Assembly (NCBI GenBank): GCA_036172245.1 | Contig: JAYWIR010000050.1 | Location: forward strand, 806,001 to 870,000 | Length of the DNA: 64,000 nt | Source of the DNA: Raillietiella orientalis | Taxonomy: Eukaryota | Reading direction: 5' to 3' | Shown: positions 25,101 to 37,100 of the stretch, in pieces | Layout of the letters: every line of letters begins with the position of its first letter | Numbering within the stretch: the stretch's first letter is position 1 | The notes under the pieces: model-generated | What the model saw: the letters and a program-made list of their open reading frames with translations, nothing else | The model's database searches: none | What the model was told of the DNA's origin: nothing | Position numbers and translations under genes: made by a program

Positions 25101-28100
25101 TGTGTGTGTAGGGGGGGGGGGAGGGGAACGGGAAGGATCCCAAAAGTCGACCTCTGGATCCTCAGTTCGGACGGTACAAGTAATTCGACCATCAGCCGAC
25201 CAGCTCAACCACGGGGAGGCAAAGGTAGCCGGCGGTCTGAATGTGGTCAGCAGTGAGAACGCAGGCGAGCAGGACGAGGGAAGCTGGAACTGAACCGGAA
25301 CACCATCTGAAATGAATAACCGGCAGCAAGGAAGGCACCAGCCTCACGTTCCTGGTCCGTGACAAATAGGGCGCAAGCAGAATCGTGGGCCAGCAGCCGA
25401 TTCGTGAACTCGTTGGTGGAAATGCCTACGAAGAAGGGAACGTGTACAACACCCGCCCACAGGAACTCGCAGGGCGAGGATGATCATCATGAAAAGAATC
25501 AGTGTGTGCCTCCAATGTCTCGGGGTTCAGTAATTCAAGAGATCGGCAAGACATTATCTTTGCAGTCAGCTTGGCCTCCGTCAGTGCGCTTCCTTTTCTT
25601 TCCTCGGCTCCCCTCCGCACAGGAAATTCCCGATAATGAGTGGGAAAGTCATTGTGATGGGAATGCCGAGGTATTGCATTGATTATCCTTGTGAGGACGG
25701 GGATTTTCGGAGACTCGTAAAGCGCGATGCTCCCTTGGGCCGCCCGTGCCGGGAGAGAGATCTCCAGGTCTCCAGCGGCGGAGGAGAACTTCGGTTCCAG
25801 GTGGCAAAGATGCGGTTTCCCTGCCGAGGGATCGATCTAAGAAGTGGGATGCAGAGGGCTCGGAGAGCCGTGTTGAGGCACGTGGAAGGGACCACGCCCT
25901 GTCCGGGGGCTCCGGTTCTTCGGAATCCCGAACCCACCCCGTGCCATTCGGAATCTCGAAAGACCATAATTAAAAAATAATGTCGTTCGTACACATAATA
26001 AATGCAGTGAAATGAACGTGCTAATTATAGTTCCGTGTAAATAACGGATCGTAAACATACGTATTTGTCGAACGACCGAAATCCCGAAATTCGCGATTTC
26101 CCGAAGGAGTTGCGTTTGGAATGGCAGGAAGATGAAATGCCAAACGTCTTCTTTTTTTTTTTTTTTTTTTTCATTTGTTCGCTTGTTTATTTTCTCCCAC
26201 CATTTTTAATTGCCACCGTGATCTTCATTTTTTATAATCCGATGTTTATATATTCATTTAATACATACATTCTTTTTTTTTTTTAATCATCTTTACTGTA
26301 AGTTAATGCACGTTAATTATATCGATAATGTTATATTAATAAAGAAGCTCTTAAGCAACTTCGTCTGGTAATCTATATATCAATATAACGTGTGCTATTA
26401 TATATAATGAACACACACATGTATTATTTTTTTATTATCTTTCGAGATTTTGATGGCTCGGGATTTTGAAGGACATCCGGAAGTCTGCGCCTAAACAGTG
26501 TTCGCCCAAACACCAGTCGGGATTTCCCCCAAATTCTATCCCGACACGTGGATTTCCGATTCCTTCCCTCCTGCGTTGGGATCTCACTCCGGTTGTGCAG
26601 CGGTCCAGGAGTTCTCCGGCTTCGTCGCGACCTTCGCAAGTGCTTCTCTCTCTTCAATTTTGCCTTCGGTCAGTTTATCTTCAGGATGGGGGAGGCAATG
26701 AACCACGAGCGCTCAGAAGCCTTGCCGCCCCCGCCACAACCACCACGGTCGGCGCGGTCTTTGCCGACCCGGTTTCCCGTGGTTCCCGGAAATTTCATCC
26801 CTCACATTTCCACGCGATGATTCTCTGAACATTACATCCTCGTGAGGTTTCCGTGTGACGTTGAGAGGATTCCCCCCCCCCCCCTTCCTGTCGTATTCCC
26901 TGATCCTCAGCGGAGGCAGGCATTTTTTTTCTTCCCTTCCTTCCTTCCTATTCTTTCTTGGCAGGCAACCCCCGTGAAAAATCCTTCTGGCTTTCGAGAT
27001 GCAGATTGCGGGCATCTTCAGCTGCTCACGCGTACGTGACATCGTTCGGAGTGACCGAATCCCGTTAGCTATCTGCCCAGCGAGGCACGAGCGTTCGCCG
27101 TGGTCACCATTCACGCGTTCCGTCTGAAATTCCCTTTGGCTTTGCAACGGAGCAACAGGAACGGTAATGAGCAACAGGAATGAGATATAGCCTTTTTGCC
27201 AGACGAACATCGTTATACACAAACAAATAACCACAATAACAAATCACCAACCCTTCTTCCTCCACCCCCACAGACCCTGACCCATCCTCACCTCTCTCTC
27301 GCTCCCATCAAGCAACCCTCTCCCTAACATGCCTCATACACAACATTACAGCCACAATCTTATCCGCTTCGCTGCTCCAAAGTCCGACCTTGCTCTGTTA
27401 TCCTGAGATGTGCTCCAGTGATACGTCTTCGATCCTTCCTTTACCTATTTATTCCCCCCTCCGTTCCCTAATCTTCTGGTCGTTCTTGTTTCTCACCGAC
27501 TCGCCGTGCTTGGAACCTCGCGCGACGTGGACAGAGGTGGGTTGCGGCAAGAAGTGAGCAGCCATCGTGCCTCAGGCACCGACTGTACTGAGCTTCTGTA
27601 GACGGATAGATGGAAGAAGAGCAGCAGCCACGGCGAACTGGCTTTCTAATTTGGCGAAAATAAATTCAGACCCGTTTGTTTTGCAGATAGGGAGTGCCAC
27701 TCTCTGGAACCTCCCTCGAACGGATTCCTGAAACTGAGTGGCATTCATTTTGGAGACAAAGCCAACTACTCTTGCAGCCCAGGTTTCAAACTCTATGGAA
27801 ATAAAGAACGGATATGTCAGGCAGACGGTACTTGGTCTGGAAGGAGTCCTCTATGCCAAGAAGGTAAGGGGGAATGCAAGATTGATTAAGTCGACTGGTG
27901 CCAGAATAACGGCCACTTGTGCGAAGACTTTGCTTTAAAATATTCATGGGTGAGGCTCTCATGAACGGAGAGCGAATTTGATCGGGGGATGTGATCACTC
28001 AGGAACCAAAACACATGCGCTTAGAACATATGTGATGACAGAAAATGTCCCCGCGTGTTCACACTCTCTCTAAGGCTTTTGTGTGGGGCATCCCCATTTT

Positions 28101-31100
28101 GTTAGAGAAGTGAAGAGCCCCCGGAGTGAGAAAATCATTCCTCTACATTCAGACATGCTTTGACTAGATCAAACGGTCCATTCGACCCGGTTCATTCTGA
28201 CCACAGGCCGCGAGCTACGAACGAAGCTTTCCGTGTCTTCTACGTTTTTTAAAAGCACGTCGCTCGAAGCCTCTAAACTGGGATGTTGGGCAGTATTGGA
28301 CAAAGCATCCACTCATTCCCCCATCTGTCATAATCCACTATGGCATCCGCAGGTGCAAGAACTGTCGAGGAGGAGTATTTATTGCAGCAGCATCAAATTG
28401 CCCCTTCTTGCTCACTGTTCCAACACGTGATTCCGGTTTTCCATTCCATTCCAAAACCAGACGAGTTCCCCTACTAAATATCCTGATGGTTGGCGCCCCT
28501 TTCCCATTTGCACGTTCGCCAGTGGAATGCTGGGAGACACGCGGCTTTGACTGTCGGCGAAGAGGCGAGGCGAGTCGCCGCCTGCACTCGGCCCTCTCCG
28601 TCCTCCGGGCTGCTTCCCCACACCGCTGTCGAGTTGCCCGCTCGGGCAGGAGCATCCGGTGAGGATCCTCGTTCGAGGGCGCCTTGCAAAATTGGTCAGG
28701 CTCTCCCACCAACACCCCCGCATCGCTTCCCTGATGTGCCAGACCAAACAAACGGTCCTGCCTAGCCGAATGCGCGCAGAACCCGAAGCAGAGCTCCGAC
28801 GGCCGAAAAGGCGCCCCAAGGACTCGTGCGATGATGGAAATCTTTCCTTTTCTGTCTTCGCAGTTCTTCGAAACGGCTCCAGGCCACCCGAGGGTGGGTA
28901 ATTCTTCAAGATAGGGGGTACCCCGGGAGCATCCGCCATATGAATCCAGGAAGGACTCGGAGTCCGTCCTCTCATGCCTGGGATGGGATCCCCGGAAATG
29001 GAAATCATTTCCACTCTGGCTGTCTCCGAAGGGGAATCCCGAAGGGAATCCTCCTGCCTTATTCTCTCCGGAGGATCCCCGGGGGGTCCGCTTCATCCTT
29101 TCTTCTCTGAAGAGAACCCGCAAAGGATCCGCTCCTGGAATTTCTTCTCCGGAGGGATCCCCCGAAAGGGATTCGCTCCTGTTTTTACCCCTCTGAAGGG
29201 AGCCCCGAAGAGGAGCTTCCGAAATTTCTCTGAAGGGCGCAGCTTTCCCGAAGGGATCGGCTCGCTTCTCTGCACTCTCTGGAGAGGTGGTGGCGACACA
29301 CCTACTCCATCAGTACGACACTGAGGGTTCCCCTCCGGAATGGGGGGTCCGCTCCTTCACAACCAGAGGGGAGCTCCTACTCCGTGATCCCTGGGAGGAC
29401 CCGGAGGTCGACTCGACTTTCTCCCGGCCCTCATCGGGGGCATCCTGTCTGAACTGCTACCAGTGCCGCACCCGGATGAACGTAGGCCGACCAGCGTCAT
29501 CTTTGTGGGGTGAATTCGGAACCCCACGACGCACTGCGTCGATTCAGTTCGGAGTATTCGAACCCGCGACTTTTGGTGCCACTCGCGGAGACCACCGTAA
29601 CCACACGGTCTCCGACGCGCGCAGAACCTGAAGCGAAGCTCTGCCACACGGCAGCCGAGAACGCGCGCAGTTCCTGCACGCCCGGCGTGCTTCTTGGCGG
29701 CGGAGCTCGGTTAAGCGGACAGCATGATTGGAGAATCCGAGTTCATTTCCTGTATCCAGGGGTCGCCCTTATTCACCGACCGATTCCACTTCCCCCTGTT
29801 TTCGTTCGCGGCGAACCGGAAATGCGGATTTTTACGGGGTTGGAGGTTCTCTATCCGGCCGAGGTCCCCTGTCGGCCGAAATGTGGCAATGAATCCGCTA
29901 GAGGTCATGCTCCACCCATCCTTCCGATCCATAGGCTAGCAGAAAGGAGGGGAGGGCGGTAGAGAAGGAGGCAGGTAGAGGACGCCAAGGCACACTTCTG
30001 CAGTAACCTTGCCAAGCGTCCGAAGATGGTGTCTGACTCTCGACCACCTGCCTCTTCCCCCCAGCTTTGGTTGCCATGAAACGAAAGGGTAGGGACGCAG
30101 GTGGGTGCAGGACGGGATGTGGACCCTCCTGCTATTTCTATGACAGCCAAAATTGCCGCCTTTACAGCGACTTGTGCTCAACCCTCTCTACGTTTGCCTT
30201 CCAGATGCCTCGGTGACTGCCGAAGAGTCGGCTTTCTCAGACTTCTGCGAAATCCCGGAGGAGATCCCGAATGCTTACCACAATGCCTCGGGACAGATCA
30301 GCTTCCCTTTGAACAGTATCCTGATTTATTCCTGTTTGCCCGGCTACGAGTCCAGGGGATTCGCCGAAGCCAAGTGTTTCACCTACAATGGGACGGCCAA
30401 GTGGTTTGGTCCAGACATCAGTTGCCAAGGTGAGCGCATCCTAACGGATAGATGGATAAGTAGGACGAACATAGAGAGTGCTCCGCTGTCCCTGCAGAGC
30501 TGCTGCTTTTCCCTTTTTCCCTATAGTCGGGGTCAAACATGCTCCTCAGCAACCCCAGACTGTGCGCCAGACGGGCTCGCAGAGAAATTCCGGAAGCGTT
30601 AGCAATGCCGGGGCCACCTCGCAGCAGTCCGCGAGGGACGAAGGATACATAAATTTGTGGGTCAGGTTCGCGGGAGGAGAGGCGTTAGTCCAGTCGAATT
30701 TCGATCGTCCGGTCCTCCGGTTCAGCAGCTCCGAAGAAGGCCACACGGTTATCCGCTCGTGCGCCCTACGAGAGTGGGAAGTGGAGAAGGAACCTCAAAC
30801 GAGCCACTCCTGATTCCTTCCCTCTGCCAGTCAACAGGCGCAGACGCGGCTGTCTATGCATACGCGGAACCAGGAGCCAGAGCCATCTCTCGGGCAGAAT
30901 CGAAACTCACAACGCACCATATGGTCGACGCCGAGTTGGCTCGGCGTCGACCATATGGAAGCACGCGACGATTGGTGCTGCGTGCAAGTACCTTCCTGAT
31001 CCGTCGCACCCATTCCACGTGGAGGAAAGAGAAGTGGCAGGAGAGAAGAAGAGGAGTGAAGTCGTATTCTGCTTCCTCCACCATGACGCACGGCAAAAAT

Positions 31101-34100
31101 CCTTGCCGCGGCCTCTTTGCCGCCCATCAGACGTCTCCGCTTTCCGCACGGATAGCGTCTGGAGGCGCGGTCAAAAGGTCGCGGGACCCTCGCAGCAAGC
31201 CAGTGCCTTCAGCGGCCAGCCTTCGTCTCTGGTCGCCGTCGACCTCCCGTTCAGACCTCGCGTTTGGTTACGTCCGCCCGCCGGTCGCTGCTCACCTTGG
31301 CCGGCGACGCAGAACGTCTCGGGGCTCGCGCCCAGGATAGGCTCGATGTTGGCGCCGCGCCGTCCTCCTCCCTCCCCCCTTGGTTTCTTCTGCGCGAGTC
31401 CGCCGCGCACCTCGCCGTCCGCGCGGCCCCGTCTTGCTGAAGCCGCCACTCCCTCCGTCGGCGAAGAGGCGCGACTGCATTCGGTCCGCTTGGCTGGCGG
31501 CGCTTCTGGCGACCGAGCCTCCGCCGGACTCAAACGCGCGCCAGGACTCCGCCCCTCGTTCCGGAGGCGTGGTCGGGAAGCAGTCGCGCGATGTCTTCCG
31601 GGATCGGGTGGCCACCAGCTCCCGTTTCCACCCTGCACTCACCACTCGCTGCGTCGTGGGCCCGTGGCGCACGGATGCTGCGACGAAGGAGTGGCACCTT
31701 GCGCACTGGCGACGTTTCGGTGCCGTTTGCCGGGCTGCCGTGTCGCGGCCCGACTCTGACCTCGCTTGTAGCGCGCATTCTTCGCAAACGTCCTCTCTGA
31801 CTGCGCTGACTGGACGGAAGGCAGTCCTTGCGTTGAGGGCGCGTGGACTCCGGAAGCAGCCTTCCGCCTTCTGTAAACCGAAGTGAGTGATGGCCTTCGC
31901 TGTTGTTCTTCGTGTGGGCCAGGAATCGAATATGAGCAGGAAATGGGAGGACGTCGAGGAATGGAGATGCCACTCGTTCACATCCCAACAGGCTGTTCCC
32001 ACCTCACTCTTTATGAGCTTTGCTCTTTGATGTCCTGTAGAGGAAGGGCTGCAAAAGATCAGTCTGTTGCTGCTTTGCGATCGGTAGAGGTCGGATAATT
32101 GGCACTAGGGACATTCCGTACGCCAGCAGGAGATCCATTCGGCATCGTCCCTTAAGGCCCTGCTCCTCATCTCCGACGTTTCAAGCTAGGGTCCGCATGC
32201 GGGGACTCTGGACTTCCCGGCGTCCACCTTGGGGGACAGTGGGAATCGCCGTCACGACCTTTAGATCACCCGTGCATCGCGAGCCGCGTCGATGGTTTCG
32301 TTTCCCAACTACCGTCTTCTCTTCTGCCGCCCTCTTTTTCTTCCCTGCTACCCTCTCTTCTCTCCTACTGTTCTCTTCTTCTTCCCCACTGCCCTCTGTT
32401 TCTTCCCTAGTGCTCTATTCTTCTCTACTACCCTCTTCTCCTCCCCTGCTATCATCTTCCCCTTTTCAACTACCCTATTCTCGTCCACTTCTCTCTTCCC
32501 CTCCCCTACTGCCTCTGATACTGGTTTCGAAATAACAGAAGACATCCTTAGCGCTAGAGGAATGAAAACGACAGATTGGATGCGAAGGGAGAGGAAAGCG
32601 GAAACGGAGCAGGCAGCTGATGAGGAGTTCCGCTACATAGGTCTTGGGAGAAAGGATTCGAGGGCTGCCAAGGAGAAACGAATCACATTGGCACTCCTGG
32701 AAGCAGGCGGACAGCGCGGAAACCGGCCATGCCCGCTCCGAAAACGGCGGGTCCTTAAGCGTCTCCCATCCGAAACGCCTGGGATCGATGATGACTACCG
32801 ACTTTTCGGAAGAGGAGACTGGGGTTTCATTTCGGAATCCCACAAGAAGTGTGGATAGCTCGAGGACTTCCTCTGCACACTCGGAAAGCGAGTCTCGCCC
32901 TTCTTCTGTGGGTATCTTTCCTACCGCTGGGAATCCTGGAGTTTGCCCGAAGATCCGCAAGCGGGGTGGACGTTCCGCCACGGCACGTCTTGGCTTCAGC
33001 CTGCACGCTGAGAGTCACGTAATAGTCCTCCCCCTTCTCCACCCCTTCCTCTACCATAGACTCTCCACTCAAGCCGACGGGGGACCCTGCGAGCCACCAC
33101 GTCATTTTCCCACCGAGACGCGCAGCGTGTGTGCTCTTCCGCGTTGCCTCCCACGCGAAATGCGTGCGACCATCGGGTTGCCACCGGAAGCTTTTTGGTT
33201 GATTCTCCCGTCGACCTGTGGACCCAGCGGCGACTCCGCAAGAGTCGGTGCCTAGAGGGTGCAAGTGCGAGGCTTCAAAGGAGTGCCCGAGAGCCACTGC
33301 CAGCAAGTGCCGTAGAGTCGTTGGAACCGCGAGATCTGGTGGACAACCGCCTCATGGAAGATCGCCTAGAAGACAGCAGAAGCCGACAAGAGCAGAAACG
33401 GTGCGCCCGGACATCCAGTGCTTCCTGTGCGCATCCTGGGAATAGCGTTCAGGTCACCACTCGCGGCGAGCATGCGAAAAGTCAAGAACTGCATGGCAGA
33501 CAGCTGCAAGAGGGCGGCTGCGTCTATCTAGAAGTACCAGAAGATGGGGAAGACACGTCCAGAGTTGGCAGTCGGGAGCAGTGGCGAGACTTGGTAGGGA
33601 AGCTGCCCGCAGCTAGCGGCAGCAGTGGTAGCAGCAAGTGGAGGAAGAGGGGACGGAGATGGCAAACCAGAGAAAGAGAGGAGGAGGAAGAAGAAAAAAA
33701 GAGAAGGAAGGGAGGGAGGAGAATGATTAGGAGGATGATGAGAAGAAGAAGAGGGGATGGAATGATCACGTCGTCCTGCCGTCTCGGCGTCTCCATGGTT
33801 AGGGCATTGCAGAGCCGTGCCTCCAGGCTGGAGCACTGAGCGAAAACCAATCGGAGACCGCCTTCTTTCTTTTTTCGCCTACAGAGTCTCCTTCCTTTTG
33901 TTGTCCCATGGTGTCTGGACAGCACGCGGGCCTTGGGGCACACGGACGTGACGTAGGGATGCGTCCCGCATTCCTTATCTTTTGCGGAACTCCTAGCTGG
34001 CTATGCTCTAGCGGGCGGAAGGTTCAGTGGCGCCGCGTCCGCAAGTCCAGGACGTGCCACTCCTTCCTCCTTTCTTCTGCATAAAAGACACCCTGAGGCA

Positions 34101-37100
34101 CGATGTCTCTCGCTCTAATCGCACCTCCCCCCTCGGTATGGACTGCTGCTTTCAAGCGTGGGGCGCCGAAGCCTCCTTGTGCCGCATCGCGCGCAGACGT
34201 CGCCCGCGTCGCCGGACAGCATGCCCCCTTAGGTCACGTACTGCATTCCAGAGGTGTCCTGCGGAGAGCCCCCGGAGGTGGAGAACGCGGAGACAGTGGG
34301 GGACTGCATTGAGTTCAAGTGCCAGGTCACGTACCAGTGCTTCCCTGGATTCGAGGTGTGGGGGAGCAAAATGATCACCTGCGCGGAGGACGCTTCGTGG
34401 AAGCCGGAGAAGCTGCCCACCTGCCAGCGTGAGTCTGTGGGAGGGGCGAACCAGCGGAGCGTCCCGCGGTCCGGCAGCCGTGCAGTGCCCCATCCCGAAG
34501 GACCCCAAGAACGGCAAGGCCCTCTACACGTCCGTGTCGTACAACTCCATCGTCTCCTACGAATGCCAGCATGGGTTCAAGCTGATCGGGCAGAAGACGA
34601 GGAAGTGTGACTACAATCGCACCTGGAGCGGTGCCATGTCGGAGTGCAAAGGTGGGTGGTACTCGTAGCGCGCCGCCGCGGGGAAGGGGTCCCCCGTCCG
34701 CTTCCTCTCCTGTTTCTCTTCCTCCTTTCCTTCCCTTTCTCCTCCTCCTCTTCTTCTTCCTCCCCGTCCTCCTTATTCTTCTCGTCCTCCTTCTCCTTCT
34801 TCTTCTCCTCCCCATCCTATTCTTCCCGACTGAGATTAGTGCTTTCCCTCCCCCGCTTCCCCGCCGAGGTCTCACCACGCTGTGCAAGCGCAGAGAGTCC
34901 CCTTAGACTGCTTCCATAACGCTCCGGGAAACGAGTGGCACCGGAAATCAGGAGGGCGAACAAAAGTTCGCCCTCCGAGGGAAGGGACGCAATCTGGCGG
35001 ATCTCCAGAGCCTTCTTCTCCCTTTCTCCCCTTCATGAAATCTCAGAGCAGCTCCTTCGATGTCTCCCTGAGGCGGGGAATAGGGAATGTCGCGGCCCGA
35101 GTAGATCGGGAAGGAGCCCTAGATTCGCCTGAGGCCATTTTCGTCCTCTGCGCGGATCTACGGGCTTCTGTCGTCGGGTGGAGGGTCCCAGTTGCGAGAT
35201 ACCCGATCGCGTGCACGGCCAGGCGTTTTCTCTCCCTCTCCATCCCTGCTGCTCTGCCAATTTTTGAAGGGCCGGTCAGTGGCGGGCACGATTGTCCTGT
35301 CCGACCTTCGCCTCGGAGCACCAGGTCGGTCAGTGCAGGACGCATTGTCTCTTCGATGCTCGGGCTGCTACATCTCCAGGACCTCCGGTTTTCCTATTAT
35401 CCCATCTGTCTTCTTGCTCCGTGATCCCAGGGGTTTCTTGGCCAAACCCCCTGGTGCCGCGGACGCTTCTTTGCAGGCAGACCTCATCGTGCGTCCTTCT
35501 TCCTCCTTGGGCCCTCCAGCGCTGCGGATGCGCACTCGCAGAATGCAGCACACGCGATCACCTCCCTTGAGCCCCGGAGCGCCAGACCCAGCAGGATGTA
35601 TCTTCGACTTTGTTGCCCAAGTGACTCTGGCTGTCAACCAGAGGATATTTATTAGCATTCCTGAAGTGACTCTGGTTGACAGCCACCTTCTCAACACTTC
35701 ATGGAGCAGGGGGTGGTCACTTTCCCCAACGAGTGCTGAGAGACCTCCCCTGCGCCCCGGAGCTCCCGGTCTGGCTTAAGAGTCGGGCCCCTTCTCGGAA
35801 GAGTCCTGACCATGGGTTCCCGGTGCTTTAAGCTCTGAGTCGCCGAATCGAGGAGAGACTTGAGCTCCACGCGTGCGACTTCGCTGCGCGGTTCATCTCT
35901 CGCTGCCCGAGGCGGGGCTCCTTCGGTCGGTCGCGCGCTCTTGCATCATTGCCCGGTCACGCCGGGACGTTTATTATGAAAAATAATAAACATATAGGTG
36001 TAGGGTCAGCGATACTACAACGTCCTAGAATTTTCGGAACTTGCCGGGTGACCGGCACGCAGACCGGCGTGGTTCGACTCGGCAACGGAGAGGCAAATAA
36101 AAAGAAAACAAAAAAATATATACACAAAAATTGGGAGGGTTAGGGAAAGGGTTACCAAGAGCTGGAGGGCGTCCTCCGCATCCCTTCCGGCAAGTTCCAT
36201 CCGAGTATGCTCCAAGTGGGGCCATACTGCTGCCGTCCTCAGGAAGAGCAGGGCGGAGCAGATGGCGTCCCTGTCGCGCCTTCCTGCTCTCGCGTAGCTC
36301 CAGAAAACCCCAATCCCTCGTAGGCAGTAGCAAAGAGCTGCTGGGGATGCGCCAGGAGAAAGCGCGTCGCGCACGAAGAGGCGCTTCATCACTCCCTTGG
36401 GATTGTCTGTCGGTACTCCAAGGGCCATTGCGTGACGCAGCCACGTGGGCCAGGGGGCAACACAGCCTGCGAGCAGGTGCAGAGATTCCCGTTCTGCAAC
36501 AGGTGGCGTCCACAGCCCCTGGGTCCAGTGAGGCCGGCAAGCGCTGCGCAGGACACTTCAGTACAACAGCAGAATTGCCTACTTCTCCCGCCTCAGGGGA
36601 GGGTCCGGTCGTTCTTCAGCGCTGGGGGTTTTCCTGTAGGACTCCCAGCAGCTTACCCCAGCGCGATAGTCTTTTCAGTGGAGCACTTGGGGTCGCAGCT
36701 GGCTTGTGGTCCAACTACCTAGTTCCTTCGTCTTCTGAATGATTTCGCAGCTGACCTCTCATTTGACACTCTGGTTACTGCCCAGGTGATCCCTGAGGGA
36801 GGGCGGCGCCGCTGCTAGGAAAGTTCTTTGCGCTCACGCACACGTGGTTGGCTGCATGATGGCGTCCTGTAGCGCAGAGGAGAGTGCTACAGTCGCTGCC
36901 GCATCTTTGGGCTCGCTCCGTTGCTCTTGGCCCACGTGCGGACGGTTTCCTGTAACCAGGCACTACCGTTCGCGCACTGGCAGAAGATCGAGTTGCTGAT
37001 CCTAGTCAGCTTGTCCACTCGTCGGTGCCGCAGTCTGCAGCTGGACACGTTGCGTCTGCGTCACCGCGTTAGGAATGAAGACAGTCCCGTGTAGTCGGTG

